From Balanoglossus misakiensis (taxonomy: Eukaryota > Animalia > Hemichordata), in contig CM082587.2 in NCBI GenBank assembly GCA_040954595.2, positions 6,685,705-6,749,704 on the forward strand: a stretch of DNA of 64,000 nucleotides. Reading direction: 5' to 3'. The notes under the pieces were generated by a model. The model saw nothing but the letters and a program-made list of their open reading frames with translations. It was not told where the DNA came from and did no database searches. Within the stretch, counting starts at the first letter, position 1. Each line of letters starts with the position of its first letter. Shown here piece after piece: positions 21,475-35,152 of the stretch. A program made the translations under genes and the position numbers.

Positions 21475-24105
21475 CTATTGATCGATGTCATCAACCACGT
21501 ACGATGTAGTTGTGGTGGTGGTTGTCGTTGTCCCCGCCGACGAACCGGCATTCAGCTTTTCCTCCGGGCCAAGATCGATATAGACCGTTTCCACAGGGTT
21601 CTGCTTGACGAACGAAGCAGACGACACGTACCAATCTTTATTTGTGGTGGACTCTACAACCTCGGGCTCTTCAACCACCTGACTGATGCGCTTGATGATC
21701 TTGTAGGTCACTTCGCCCTGCACCTGACCTTCGCTGTCGTTGTGTACTTCGGTGGTGGTGATGGTGGCTGGATCGTCATCATACGTCAAATATTCTTGGG
21801 TTCTGACTATCGTGCTTTCTTCCTGGCCACCTTCACCTCCATATGTATAAACCACTCTTGTTGGTTCGGATTCCGTCGTATGCTCTTCACGCCTGATTAC
21901 GGTCTGCCCTTGGCTTCCAGACTGCGTTCTAACAACTCTAGTGGTTGGTTCCGTGTCGTGGTATTCTCTATACTCTCTTCGCACTACTGAAGTAGTCTGA
22001 TCTAGTGGCTCCCCCATTTCGTAAGTGTATGTTGTTGTTTCTGGACTTTCAATCACTCTCTCCTCTCGCCTTATGAACCTCTGTCCTTGGTTACCAGACT
22101 GGGTTCTAACAACTGTAGTGGTTGGTTCAGCATCGTGGTATTCGATATACTCTCTTCGTTCCACAGATGTCTGCACCGGTGGTTCTGTCATCTGATAGGT
22201 GTATGTCGTCGTTTCTGGACTTTCAATCACTCTTTCCTCTCGCCTTATAATCCTCTGCCCTTGGTTACCAGACTGGGTCCTAACAACTGTAGTGGTTGGT
22301 TCAGCATCGTGGTATTCGATATACTCTCTTCGTTCCACAGACGTCTGCTCCGGTGGTTCCGTCATGTGATAGGTGTATGTCGTCGTTTCTGGATGTTCAA
22401 TCACTCTCTCCTCTCGCCTTATAATTCTCTGCCCTTGGCTGCCAGACTGAGTCGTAACAACTGTAGTGGTTGGTTCTACATCTTCGTATTCGGTATGCTC
22501 TCTCCGTACCACCGAGGTTCTGTCTTGGTATTCTAGAGGGTCAGTCATGTAGTATTCGTAGGTAGAGGCCGGTTGGGTCTCAACAACCCTCTCTTCTCTG
22601 GTTACAGTGGTTTGACTCTGCTGAGCGACGGGGACCACGGATTCTCGTTCGTCGATTTCTCTTGTTTCTCTTCTTACAACAGTCACCTCTCTGTTTGACT
22701 GCGATGGCTTCCCTTCGACATACACCACTTTAGAAGGCTCGGCATGATACGTGTATCTTTTCCTGGTTATATTCGAACCCGATTCGCCATCGATATTCTG
22801 ACCAACAACGTAACTTTCTTTCATACTTTGCCCTCTTCGCTGGACTATGGATGTCCCGTGGCGTTCTTCGTGTACCTCTTCCTCCATGGGATAGTCCGGT
22901 GTTGGTATCAGAATTGTTGATGAAGGCTCGACTTCGCGGGATACCTCGGTGACCTGGGTTGTGACCACGTGGTACCTGTCGCCTTCCTCGCGGTCTTCTG
23001 TCTGAGTGAAGGGGACATCCTGGCTGTTTTCGGCCGACGTCACCTCCACTATTCGGTCTATCGCTTCTTGCACTTCACTTGCCTCGTCTACAGTGTCCCG
23101 GGTGGAGTGGTGGCTGACCACGACGTTCTCCACGTGGTTGGCGGACAGCTCGTCATCCTGGTAAACCTCGCGGATCTCGACGTCTTCGAAGTTTGACGGA
23201 GCTGCCCTGATGACGCGGACTTCGCGATGGGTTTCCTCCACGCGGGGCCCGGCGGTCTCTGTGACAACCGTGCGCTTGGTGACCCTCCGCACTCCGCCCT
23301 TCTGCGTGATGACCTCTTCGTTCACGACGCCGTTCTCTTCGTCCTGGATGTTCAGACTCATGTTCACGTGTTGTCCACGTGGCTCCTCTCGAACCACGAT
23401 GACGGTCTCGCCGGATGGGGTCGTGCGCACTTCCTTTCTTGTCCCTTCCACGTGCTCCAGCAAGTACCCGAGTCGGTCGGTGTCTTCATCGTCCACGGTC
23501 ACGACCAGCCTCTCCTGCGAGGAGCTGGGAGTGTAGCCAGTGCTGTAGGTGAACCTCTGTTCGTGCGTCTCACCTTCCTCGTATTCTGACGAGTAGTTTT
23601 TGGGCTTCTCTCGCAGGATGATGTTGCTGTCGTGGACAAACACTTGCTCTCTCTGAACTCCCTCCCTGGTGACAACTTCGGTGGTGGTGGTGTAGTCGTT
23701 TTCTCTAGCCCCCTCGCCGGTGATTTTCTCGACGATCAGTACCTCTCTGTCGGTCTTCCGCTGTTTGTTGACCTTGGCGTACAGGTCATCTGAGTGAACG
23801 ACTGTCTCTGTGCGCCGCTCGGATGTCACCACGGTGCTGTTGCCCCCGGCAGCTGCAACCAGGGCGCCTTTCCCGCTGGTGGGTTTGGTCTCCTCCTTGC
23901 AGCACATGTAGCAGTAGTCCAGCGGGTTGTAGTTCTTGATGCAGAACTGTATGAAGCAGAGGACGACGGCGATGGTGCCGAAGAAGACGATGACGCAGAT
24001 GGCGATGAGCACCGACGTGGACACGACGCCGTCCTGCGCCGCGGCCACCGGCGTCATCGCCAGGATGAGCAGCAGCAACAGCGCGAAGCTCTTACGCCAA
24101 TCCAT
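21475..24105 (-). CDS. Uncharacterised single-pass type I membrane protein, 876 aa, with long T/E/V/R-rich cytoplasmic tail and 58-aa tandem repeats
   Basis: Single 2631-nt ORF with clear codon bias. Signal peptide (MDWRKSFALLLLLILAMTPVAAA), ~7-aa ectodomain, TM helix (VLIAICVIVFFGTIAVVLCFIQFCI) and DYCYMCC. A splice acceptor (ctttcag, exon start 24165) lies just upstream of the ATG, and a candidate 5'-UTR exon donor (gtaagt) lies at 26886. Confidence 0.85.
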   Translation of the reverse strand: MDWRKSFALLLLLILAMTPVAAAQDGVVSTSVLIAICVIVFFGTIAVVLCFIQFCIKNYNPLDYCYMCCKEETKPTSGKGALVAAAGGNSTVVTSERRTETVVHSDDLYAKVNKQRKTDREVLIVEKITGEGARENDYTTTTEVVTREGVQREQVFVHDSNIILREKPKNYSSEYEEGETHEQRFTYSTGYTPSSSQERLVVTVDDEDTDRLGYLLEHVEGTRKEVRTTPSGETVIVVREEPRGQHVNMSLNIQDEENGVVNEEVITQKGGVRRVTKRTVVTETAGPRVEETHREVRVIRAAPSNFEDVEIREVYQDDELSANHVENVVVSHHSTRDTVDEASEVQEAIDRIVEVTSAENSQDVPFTQTEDREEGDRYHVVTTQVTEVSREVEPSSTILIPTPDYPMEEEVHEERHGTSIVQRRGQSMKESYVVGQNIDGESGSNITRKRYTYHAEPSKVVYVEGKPSQSNREVTVVRRETREIDERESVVPVAQQSQTTVTREERVVETQPASTYEYYMTDPLEYQDRTSVVRREHTEYEDVEPTTTVVTTQSGSQGQRIIRREERVIEHPETTTYTYHMTEPPEQTSVERREYIEYHDAEPTTTVVRTQSGNQGQRIIRREERVIESPETTTYTYQMTEPPVQTSVERREYIEYHDAEPTTTVVRTQSGNQGQRFIRREERVIESPETTTYTYEMGEPLDQTTSVVRREYREYHDTEPTTRVVRTQSGSQGQTVIRREEHTTESEPTRVVYTYGGEGGQEESTIVRTQEYLTYDDDPATITTTEVHNDSEGQVQGEVTYKIIKRISQVVEEPEVVESTTNKDWYVSSASFVKQNPVETVYIDLGPEEKLNAGSSAGTTTTTTTTTSYVVDDIDQ
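21850..22620 (-). repeat. Coding minisatellite, 174-bp (58-aa) unit, about 4-4.5 copies
   Basis: gtatgt(c/t)gt(c/t)gtttctgga recurs at 22027, 22201 and 22375 (period 174). Unit RREERVIESPETTTYTYQMTEPPVQTSVERREYIEYHDAEPTTTVVRTQSGNQGQRII. Confidence 0.92.
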
Positions 24106-27100
24106 TGTATTGGACAGGTCTCAAAAACTGTCTCTGAGATGCGTGGTATCACGGGGTCAGACTTCCTGAAAGACAAGAGGAATACGTCAGGTGCTTGATA
24201 AGTGAAATGCATGATCCACCGTCAACTGTTTATCTTTCCCGTTTGCTTTGTCAATACCGTCCAACTTGTCATTCCACACTCACGCAAAACAGAATTTTTA
24301 CTTGCTTTGGCCTATGACCTGACACCGAGAAAAGTAGTGAACCTATAGCTAGTGTTGATATGGTGTGGAGGATGAACTGATCGTGGCCGCTCTTGTAAAA
24401 TATTTATTTAGTTCAGTCAGCGCGAAGACGTTTCACCCTCCCGTCGGAGTAAGCTTATGTATGGAAATATACAAGGTTGACACGGGTGAAATGGACAAAG
24501 CAACACGTTTGAAAGGCCCGTGTTTGAAGAATTCCACACCCAGTTGAACCGATTACTCGAATGGGTCGTTAAAAAGAGTGTTTTGCTGTCGGAGGCATAG
24601 GTCACAATGACTCATTATGTGCGACTGGATCCTCTGAAAAGGTTATATCTCTGAAAGCAGCCAATGGAATTAGACATATTTATACGTTAAACGGAGAATT
24701 TCAGGGCCCTTTCAGACTGTAGTGCTTAAACCACTAGATCACTGTCATCATTCATGTATACGCACACATACATTTAGGTCTTTCTGCCTGCCTGTCTGTC
24801 TGCGTACTTTACACGTGTAGCGTAACTCAAGGTTGATTGTGTTAAGTTGAATTGTCGGCAGGTAGGCCTACACGAGGCGAGCACTTGCAGAAAATATTAA
24901 TATGCAATCATGCCACATGTTTGACACAAATTGCAGACTGTATGACTTTGCGCAGCTCACTGGCATCAATGTTATTTTCTGCGTTTAACGTGCAAGGACT
25001 ATCAAGTAGACGAAATAATAGCACCCCGTTCTTTGACGCCATTTAAACTGCGAAGAAAACACCGAATAGGACAGGTACCCTCATCGATATAAAAGACACC
25101 ACTCCCTGTTCATATTGTTATCACGCCCATTGTGTTTTTCCAAACCATTATGTCTTCCCTTTTCACTCGCTCGACCCCTCTCTCTGACTCGCTCTTAGTG
25201 CGACTTGTCATAAATTCTGAAATCCATACTTAAATTGTGTGGTTTGTAAAAGGTGGCGAATCTGTACAGTCGGTGAAATAAAAACTCTCAATGGCCTTGT
25301 GGCTCGTTAATGTAAATTGCAAAGAAAAAAGTGACTACACCCATTTTTCAGGCATTTTCTCGTCGGAGAAATAGAGCCTTGGAGTTCGAGTAGGCGGATA
25401 GTCATAGTATACGAACAAAGTAATTTTTCACAACAAAGGGTATGTTATTAAATGTTTAGGATGGTCCGTGGCTTAGATTTGTGGAAAAATCGAGAGCAAA
25501 GGACGAGAATTACACAGCCAATTGGCGTTGATCTGTATTTGATTTGTTTAATGCTTTGTAGTGTACCTGTGCACAAACACAACTGTTGCTTGAGTTTGTC
25601 CGTTCTTTCGAATGAAAGCGTTTATTTCTTCACACTTCAATTGTCCAACTGCCGCTCGCTGTGTCTGAAGACACAAATACTACTCCATTTAAAGTGCGAA
25701 TCCGTGTAACTTGATACGATGCCCGCTCTCGGAAGAAAAGTAGGCACCTATACATTTAGTGTTACCAGTTCGTATTGACTTTCCGGGTAATTCGTTCGGA
25801 TTTTATACACGTCCGCGGCCCCCTTTGGGCTTTAGACTTTTATCGTTCTGCAAAAGTTGCATGCATGAAAGTTCTCGCTCTTTTGTGGCGAGTTGAAGGT
25901 CACCCCGAGGCCGCAACCAGTGCACACTGTTGGAGCACCACTGTTTCTACAGAACGTTACCGCAACACGGAGAGGCCACTTTTCACCTTTGCTCGTAAAA
26001 TAAGGTGGGGTCACTTTTCGCGTTCTGCTTTTGGACGTGACCGTGCCGAAAGGGCTATCGTGACGGCGTGTACAGGGTCGACGTTGACTGAATGCAAAAC
26101 CTATTTACACATAACGTCCGTGCTTTAGTAGTACTTTCAGAGTGTCGAGTTTAAGGACAAGTTGGCTATAAATAGGTGACATGTATGCATTCACTTGAAA
26201 TTCCACTGACCCTTGGAAAGTTTTGAATGCTTCGTCGGACGCCATTCAGTGTTTTATGTCCGACAGAATGGCATGTCGATCATCCCTCCGAAGTTTTCAC
26301 CACACCCTATTGGCATCACACGACGAGACAAGTTTACCCCTATTTGCAAAGATTCATATTTTTGTCTGGAAACGAGTGTAAAGTGTACATTCATAGTGTC
26401 TTGTTTGCATGAAAGGTAACATAACCGAACGAGCGTGAAAACGCCACTGATCCATCATAGCGTGGAAGTAAGTTTTACCGTCGGTGAAGAAGGTACGCGC
26501 AGTGACGCGTAGCAATCAGTCAATTTGCCATCCGTTTTTTTTTTCTTCTCAAAAAAAAGAGTTCATGGTTTACCCTACTTCTAGTCACTGTGTCAATAGC
26601 CTGAAAACTAAACGTCCCCAGAAAATTGGTTATCGTAATTGTAGCCAGCGATCACGTCGTTCCAATTCACTTGGGATGAAATCAAAATAACCTTTCAGAT
26701 TAGGTTTTTCTACAAGTCGACAAACACAATTTTCCAAACATTCGCCAATAAAAGATCCGTGACAGCGAGTGCAGGGCATCGTTACTCTGAAACAGGGTGA
26801 GACTATTTTGCGCACAGTTTATCATTTAAAATTCCAATCAACCTGTCACGGCAAAAAAACACACACGCACCAGTGGGTCAACTTACCGCGTACGCTCACT
26901 GCTTGCTCCGGTGAAATCTGCGGCGAGAGTGACGCCAGGGCAAATCGACAATTTCACAAAAGAGGCTTTTCAAGACTACACCCAATTTTTCCCCTCCATT
27001 TACAATTAGTATCTAGGCGTCTACAAAACTCTCCCTGCGGTTCATTGTGGTGAATGTCATTTGAGGTCAGCAAAAAAAAATCAAACAGCCGCGCCCATCT

Positions 27101-30100
27101 ACCTGTTGTCGGCTGCCGGCCGCGGTGATCATTTAATATGCCGCCCTCTCTAGTTAGTGGGTCAGGAGAACCTGGGACGGTGACTACTGCCTGCCACTAA
27201 GACAGACATCCGGGTACTTTACCCCAAAACTTCGTCTACCTAAACCAATGCTCACGATGTCTTTACCGCGAGGGATATCTTTGTCATTAGCAATTGCTTG
27301 ATGATTTCAAACTCCGGGCTCATGGCCACCTGTCAGCTGTCGTCGTTTTCACCCCCCCCCCCCCGCAAACCATTATTTCAAGCCCGAAGCAATTCCATTC
27401 AAATTGGCACAATGTCACTGAAGTGTGATTTACCGGCAGTCCTGATTTCTATGTATGCTATTCTAAACGGGACTTGCTATATTCAAACTAAGCGCTTGCT
27501 ATAAATTCCAGAAAAGGAAACAGAACACTGAACGTGTAGTTTGAAACATTCAGATGGTTCTTTCTGTTCCGTATCTTGACAAGCAACACATTTGTGCTTC
27601 TCGCCAGCGCCGCCACACCCGAATTAATATGACACAGATGTCTTGAACGTGTTAACTTTGCATATTCATGAATTAGTGACGTCATTTACGATGTGCATAT
27701 AAGGGATTCAGCAGTTGCCGTCACACGTAATACCTGTACGGGCAGCACTTACATCTAACACTTTTCTGCAGAGGAGTTCTTAATCCCGCTGTCTGATACA
27801 GCTGTTACTAAGATATGACCAACTCTTGTAAATGAAAATCGGCAGATTATACAGTAACGAAAAATTTGAATATTCCTAGTACCTCAGATAGTGACTATCT
27901 GAGGTACAAGGAATATTCAAATACTTATAAGATCGAACATATATATAGAAGACAGTCATGAACTGCATTTTTAACACTGCGTGGGAAGTCATGAAATATT
28001 TAACACCGCCGCGGATACAGCGAGAAGGTTGTCGAAAGCCCCGCACACGACCGCATTCCCTGTGAGAAATATACGGATAAAAAGCAAATCCCACAATCGA
28101 TCGTTATTGACAGGTGGCCTAAGCCTGCAAATGTGTCCATTAAAGGATATAAACTTTCTCTTCGGTAAAGGTTAAAAATGACGGAATCGTATATCTGACA
28201 CCTTATTCTCCATAGACAAAATCTTCACCAACGTACGTAGCTTGTATTAGTATATGTAAAGGGAAGTGCGTAGCATGTTTACTGAAATAGGGTTGTGGTA
28301 CCCCTTCATCAAAGTGCTTAAAGTTCAATATACACTTCTGCTCAGTTTCTAATGCACGCCAAACTGTTACTCCCCTTTGAGATGCTCATCGGCGCCTTAC
28401 GGTTACAAAAAAAACCGCGTCAGGTAATGTCTCAAAGGGACGCGCCTTGAGCTTGGATCTAGAATTTCCAATTCCGTCAGATGAAAGAAGTTGGCCTCAA
28501 AGCCTTCTCATATACGCAGAATATAAAAGTGTCCTATGAATAGACTTCAGCTTCATCCGACGTACGTTTACTGTCACTTAGAGGCTTACTCGAAAATATC
28601 TGCCAAGCTTTCTGAATTACATGTACACCCATGGAAGGAGAAATAGGTATATAGGGATTTCAAAGTGAGAATCGGCTCTTGAAATCGAATCTGGCTGATC
28701 ACCAAAGCAAGAGTTTACGGATTTCGGCTCAATTGATATGAAGTGACTCTGATATTTCAGATACGTGATGTGGCCACGGGCTGAGATTTTTCCCTTCTCA
28801 CTGATTGTTTCGTGTGAACTTCCATCAAACTGACATTACAGCTATAATAATAGGATGCCGATTACGAGTACAAGTACGTTGAAATAAAACACAAGCTCAC
28901 ACAATTTATTTTCCGCGACAGAATATGTCAATATCCTTCCTCATGCGCTATGTATTATCACAATGATATTCCCCTGGGCTTGTGTAAGGCAGGAGTAGAA
29001 TTTCTTTAAAAGCCCGAAATAGTTGTCCGCAAAAGTGTATCACCGTTTCTTAAGTTTATATCTCCAATATTTCTTTCTTTTCTTCCCTTTTCTTATTACT
29101 ATTTATTCGTTGCCTGAAGCTTGCTCTTAACAGTGGCGTCTCCATCCCCATTTGTATCTCTGATGAGCTTCCCCAGGGAAGATGTGTTTTATAACTTTCC
29201 TTTGTGTGCGCGTTGATAGCGCTCGAGTTAGTGCCTTGAAAATAACACACCATTGACTTTATACAGTCCAATTGAGAACTTATTCCGAACTGCTACTGCG
29301 AACTCGTGCATACTGATATAAAGGGACGATTGAAAGCGTGTTCTGTGTCAACTCTCGTTTTACTTCATTTTTTATAGAAAAATGATAAGCGATTTGAATG
29401 AGCTCGGGCGTTATTTTGTTTTATGGCCTTGATGAAAGTGCGCCAAATCTCGGATGACCAGTATGACATTTCGAAATCCGTCAACAATATCTACAAAATG
29501 TGTCACTTCGCTAAATAGCAATGAGAACACCAACCTCGAATAACTTTATCGTTTATACGACTTAATGTCAAGCCGCTGTGTTTTCGCCTATTATCATCTA
29601 TCTATACACCATCCGTGGGTGATGATATATCATAGAGAGTGTTTGGTTGTCTGGATGAGTGATGAGATTGAGTGTTAGTCTGCACTTTAGCACACGCTAT
29701 AGACAGGTTGAGAAGTGTGTTAAGTAATGCGGGCGATAAACGCTGGCGGGGTTGATTCATAGGAGAAAAATACTTTTAAAAAAATAGCCAAAAAAGTTTG
29801 AGTTACTGGGGCTTTAAGCCTATACGTCAAACGCGGAAGATTCTTGCAAGTTAATGCATGCAAATTGATTTCACTGGCGGCCAAGGGTGAGGCTAACCCA
29901 TTTGAAGTATAGATGCTGAGAGCGCGTTCCGGGGAATGTTAAATAGAAATTTAAAGATTAAAGCCGTTATTCCCAAATGTCAAGTGGTTTGAGTCCACGC
30001 ATGGGCGCCCGAACAGGTAGTTTAAATTTGATTATTTTATTCATGCATCGTGTGGGTAAAGAAATCCCTTCTCCGACTTACGGGTATATCAATCACATCA

Positions 30101-33100
30101 CCTTGGCAATATTGCATGTTTCATGTCCTATGCTCCATGTTCATTCAGTAATTTTCTATTATTTCGAGAAGGGGGAGAGTTTATGACTCAAAATGAAACC
30201 ATGGCGTCAACAAGAGTTGACCATTCCAAGATAGAACTAACGCGGAGACCGCGCAATTGCGGAACTAGCTGTCGAAACACAAAGACGGAATCAATATAGG
30301 CCTAGTACACATGTACTTATAAATTCCCACTTCCCTTTCCCAAAAACTGTATAGTTAATCATTTCCTCCTATATGCAATTTCATCGGAAATCGTTCGACG
30401 TCAAATTGCCTGTATAGAATCATACTTTCGCTAGTGACATTAAGTACTACCGTGTTGGCTTGTTTAAAAAAAAAAACTATATGTGGCGATGACATTAAAA
30501 CTTTAACGGGATTTATTTTGCTCGCGATGGAAAGAAACATAACTTGCAAGTTGATATAAAATCAAAATCATTGTTTATTGCTGCATTAGCAGGTGAACTG
30601 ATGGACGTTTTATGAGACTCTGTGTCGCCCGTGTGTGGGCTTGAATTTCAACTCCGAAATTATTTGGATTAACACACGATCCTGTTATGTGCGTAAACAC
30701 GCCAAGCCCCGCGATTCTTTTAAATCATTTATTTCTCGCTTTGCCTCGTGCAACTTTCGCGAAAGCAGCGACCATTAATGTTTAATGACATAGGTAGTCG
30801 TTAATGCATCGTCTTCAGCGTTCCGAGAAAGAGCTCGAAGGACTGGCAACGCTCGCGCTGTACACAGTCATGTCCTGAAGGGCTTGGTCGGTGTCTTGAG
30901 CGAATGAAGAAGAAAAATATGTCAATTCGAGTTACTTGTTACATTGTCCCCCTTTAAAGGCCTGCCTGCTGCAATTCTTGGCATCCATTTGACCGCAAAT
31001 TACTGGAATTGTCTCCCAGTTGTCTCCCAATGCTCGTTACCTTAAATAGGTTTTTTGCTCCCTAGGAAAGTGGTAAAATTCTCATCATATGGTCGACAGA
31101 ATTTCAATTTCAGAATCACAAACCGAGAGACCTTCCTAATCTGTCGGTAAAAAAACGACGATTTCCAACATATCGTAACCGAATTTGCGAACACGCACAC
31201 GCCCTAATAACTGAAATCTGTCTAATATATAGCTGTTCCGTGAGGTTGAGTGGGGTTCCGAAATTTCAACACCATGCACAAACCCATACAAACGGTATTG
31301 ACGGGACTAATGTCGAGCCACGACCCCTCAGTCTAGTCAGGGATCCTTTAGTCTCCGTTTAACTAAACACAATTATACAATTCCCGTAAGAGAAAGTGCG
31401 CGACTGGTCATGCTGCTTTTACGCTAAGTCGATAATCAGTCGCCATGACAGCATTTAATTACGAATCGACCCACATCTACCCGCACCAACGTCTATACCA
31501 GGTTTTATGACGACAAAGTGTACGTCATATTGCTTTTAATAAAACTAAAACTAATTATCACTAAAGTTCAAATTAATTGACCACCCTTAATTGATTTGAT
31601 GAAAACTAAATCTGCATCTATACGCACCCTATCGCTTCCCCAGACAAAACGCAGTGTCACCGGGGGAGAGAATATCCGACAAAGGTGGACTGGTATTCAT
31701 TTATGCGAAATTCGTTAATGGCATTGTTTAAATTATTGAAATTTGACGATAATAAAGTCCATTATCGATGATGAATATTTACGTGCCCCAGATCGTTCCC
31801 TTTGTGATAAAGGCAGAAAAAAAATATTTATGTGGATGTGTAGCTTGATGCATTGGTTGGCTAGCTATTATTGTATTTTGACCGGGGAAGCGCCTCACAC
31901 CTTTTAAAATACCTCCAACAATTTATGGCCAAGATAAGGCGCGAAATAAAAAAGGATACTGATAACACGCCCGTCACGACAACATAGATTAATACTATAA
32001 AATTGATCCTTAGGGATGTGAAATTCGCCGTCTGTATACACCCTCGAAACAACACAACACATCGCTAAAAGTTAACGCGCATACAGAGAAATTACACCCG
32101 ATAAGTTTCTAGCGTGTTATCTCCAACTTTCCCGCCACTGTTTCACCTTGACGAGAAGCCAGCGGAGGGGGGGGGGGATAAAAGAATCCCAATAAACAAT
32201 GACGTCATATGCTACGCCCTCTGCGTAAGTCAAACGATGGAGCTTATTACACTTTGGTGGCTATCATGACTCGAGAGTCTTAACTACGTCTTTTTTCCGT
32301 ACCTTGAACAAGCTCATATGAAAATTCTAGCCTATCGATCATTAATCTTGGACGGACTTCGCAGACGGCCCGCTGCATGTGTGCATTGACGAATTCAGTT
32401 CACTCTTGTTGTCGCCATGGAAACGAACAATTATTATTGTAAATAAACGGAAAACAGCGTTCATAAACTGAACATACGAACGGTCTTTTATGCTAAAAAT
32501 ATCGTTGTAATGAACCTTTAGGGGTCCTTTATTTCTAATAAAATGTGGCTAATCATCCGAATAATGTGTGGAACCATAGAATGACTTTTTGTGCGAAAAA
32601 GTCCGACGTGATATTTCAGACAAGGAATCCTGTAATTGCCAGTCGTTTCATTTTAACAAGCCCTGCCTTTCCACCCTAGATTCCAAAAGGTTTCCTGAAT
32701 GCGGTAAACCTTGATATTATCAGATAAGCGTCATGGCCTGGTCGGGCCATGCGATGGGAAGATGTCTACAAAACACCACTGTGTTGATTGACGTTGCTAG
32801 TAATAGCTAGGCGTCAGATGTAATCTCGGTGTTTTAGAAGTAACTGTGACCTATAGTGTTAGCGCGGGGGGAAACGGTTCGCAGCAAAACTGCAATCTGC
32901 ATACTCGCAGCGCAAAGGCGACTCGACCGTCACGACCTTCCAGTCTCGGTCAATTCACCGTGGGATGCTAACAAGCCGTGATGAGCGATCAACGAGATGC
33001 GGTTCGCGGGTGACGGGGGTTACCACTGTGCACACAGATCCCCGCAGGATTCCCCCCGCCCACCCCTTCCAATAACCGTTGACACTTCCCTTGACAGGGC

Positions 33101-34532
33101 CAATAAGACTCGACTCGCCGAGTGATATGGGAACGTATGGCATACGTTGGTTGCTATTTTTACACCAAAATTTTCAACCTTCAGCTTTTTAACCGAAATT
33201 TATTTAATAAATCCGTGGTTATTTTTCTTGAAAGGCCGCGCCGAAAGTAAACAACGACGACAATTGAAATTAAGCCAGGAGCTATTTCCGGATGGAATGT
33301 TTTGATTTCATATTAATACTTTTTGCGTTGTAAGTAAGCTTATTTATTTATGATTTATTCTGGTATTTGTTTCAAGCATGAAAGAGATTATATAATATTG
33401 AGAATCGTCCGGGAAAATTGTTTTTGCATTTTCGGCCATTTATAGTGTCATTCACTGCAGAATAATCAATGATCCGACAGCCGGGAGACGTGTTCTCGAA
33501 CTTTGCCAAACAAAACCGGAAGAAAAAGATGACGAACCTTAAAATAACACCTTTAGGCGATCATTCACTCGCATTACAAAAACAGACTTGCGTATGCGTT
33601 GGCGAGACTGTCGTCTCTGCTATTTTTTGCTTTTGTCATCGTACAAAATATTTTTTGAATTTTTAGCTTGATGCCGTGTCGGTGCGACCATGTTTTATTA
33701 CTTGGTTCGCGAAAGTACGCAATTGGGCCAATTGTTGAACACGTGACACATGGAGTATAATTTAATATATTATAAAAGAGTCATCTATGCACATTTAGCC
33801 ACAGTTACCATAGAAACGATGAGCTTCAGCCAATCATAGATTTTCTGTGCCAGGCCACGCGAAAATAAGTGCGCCATGCACACATATGGCCATTCGACGA
33901 TTAAGACACACACTTTTATCCCTATATGGGCATATGTAAATTGGATGTGATAGCAACTGGTGCTTCAGGCGAGTGTTTTAATAGACCTTATCACTGTTAG
34001 GTGAGGTCTATATCCTGCAGGGATGTGACGGAGCCCTTTTGGTGAAATCGCGTTGCATACTAGTTTACTTCAGTGCGTCTTAAAATTAGAAGCAAAAAAA
34101 TCCCAAAAGCGTAATTGGACTTGTTGCAGACCGGTGGTTTATACGATTGATGACGTCATAGCTATCGAAAAACGCTCGCTCGCGGCACCGTGTTTACTTT
34201 GCAACCTACGCGGCGACTGCCCCCGTTAATTGGAATTGGATTTGCGCGTAACGTAATGCAGAAACAAATGCAAAAATCGCATTTTCTACTTCCCCGCGTT
34301 TTCAATTTATTTCCCTTTCTGTGCCGCCTAATTGATCCTGTTTAATGGGCCTGTAATTGGGGTCTTTGTGAGGGCTCAGCCAATGACAACAACTGCGCAA
34401 ATTGCCGTTGAGCAAGACACGGTTCACAATGGCACGGCCTACGGAAATAAATCAGCGTGCAGCGGATATTGGCAGATTAACACCGCCATTGGTCATTTTC
34501 AGGATGTCAGGTTTTTTGTGTGATTTTTCACC

Positions 34533-34700
34533 GTGAATGAATGAATGAATGAATGATTGAATGAATGAACGAACGAACGAATGAATGAATGAATGAATGA
34601 ATGAGTGAGTGAGTGAGTGAGTGAGATGGCGAGTGAGTGAGTGAATGAATGAATGAATCGACAGATGAATGAATGAATGAACGAAAGAACGAACGAACGA
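34533..34700. repeat. Compound (GAAT)n/(GAAC)n/(GAGT)n microsatellite
   Basis: Direct reading. Confidence 0.9.
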
Positions 34701-35152
34701 ATAATTGTGACATGAACACGATTGACCGAACGAACTTCATCATAAACCCCTTTCTAATACAGCTCACACACCTCACAACAGAGAGAACTGTTATTCGTGC
34801 TCTCTACTTCAACGGCAAGTCATTAACCACAGACCACGCTCAGTAAAATTTCGAAGTCCTTCCAAGTGCGAGCATACAGAGCACGTTTTCAATTTGGAGT
34901 CTTAAGCTTTGCGTTGCAGGATTTATGACCAGTGAAAGTATTATGTTTCTTCCCGAGATTGGGTACTAGTAGTATTGTCCACGTTCAAAATATTTCTTGA
35001 GCGTCCGTGACACCGCCTGGGTGAAAAGGCAACCAATCTAGGTAACTGAGCAAGTTGTCAATCTTGTGGAAGTGACAGCTCTCCCCCCTACGCGTTTGTA
35101 ACACTGGCGAATTGATATCAGGCCCTGCCTCTCTGCGTATGCCGCCTCTACA

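Noticed and set aside
21850-22620. Regular repeats superficially like a CRISPR array
   Set aside because: Eukaryotic context, whole units repeat with no unique spacers, in-frame coding and no cas genes.
21418-24198. Several + strand ORFs (190, 149, 120 and 134 aa), some with internal repeats
   Set aside because: Antisense shadows of the 876-aa ORF and its minisatellite.
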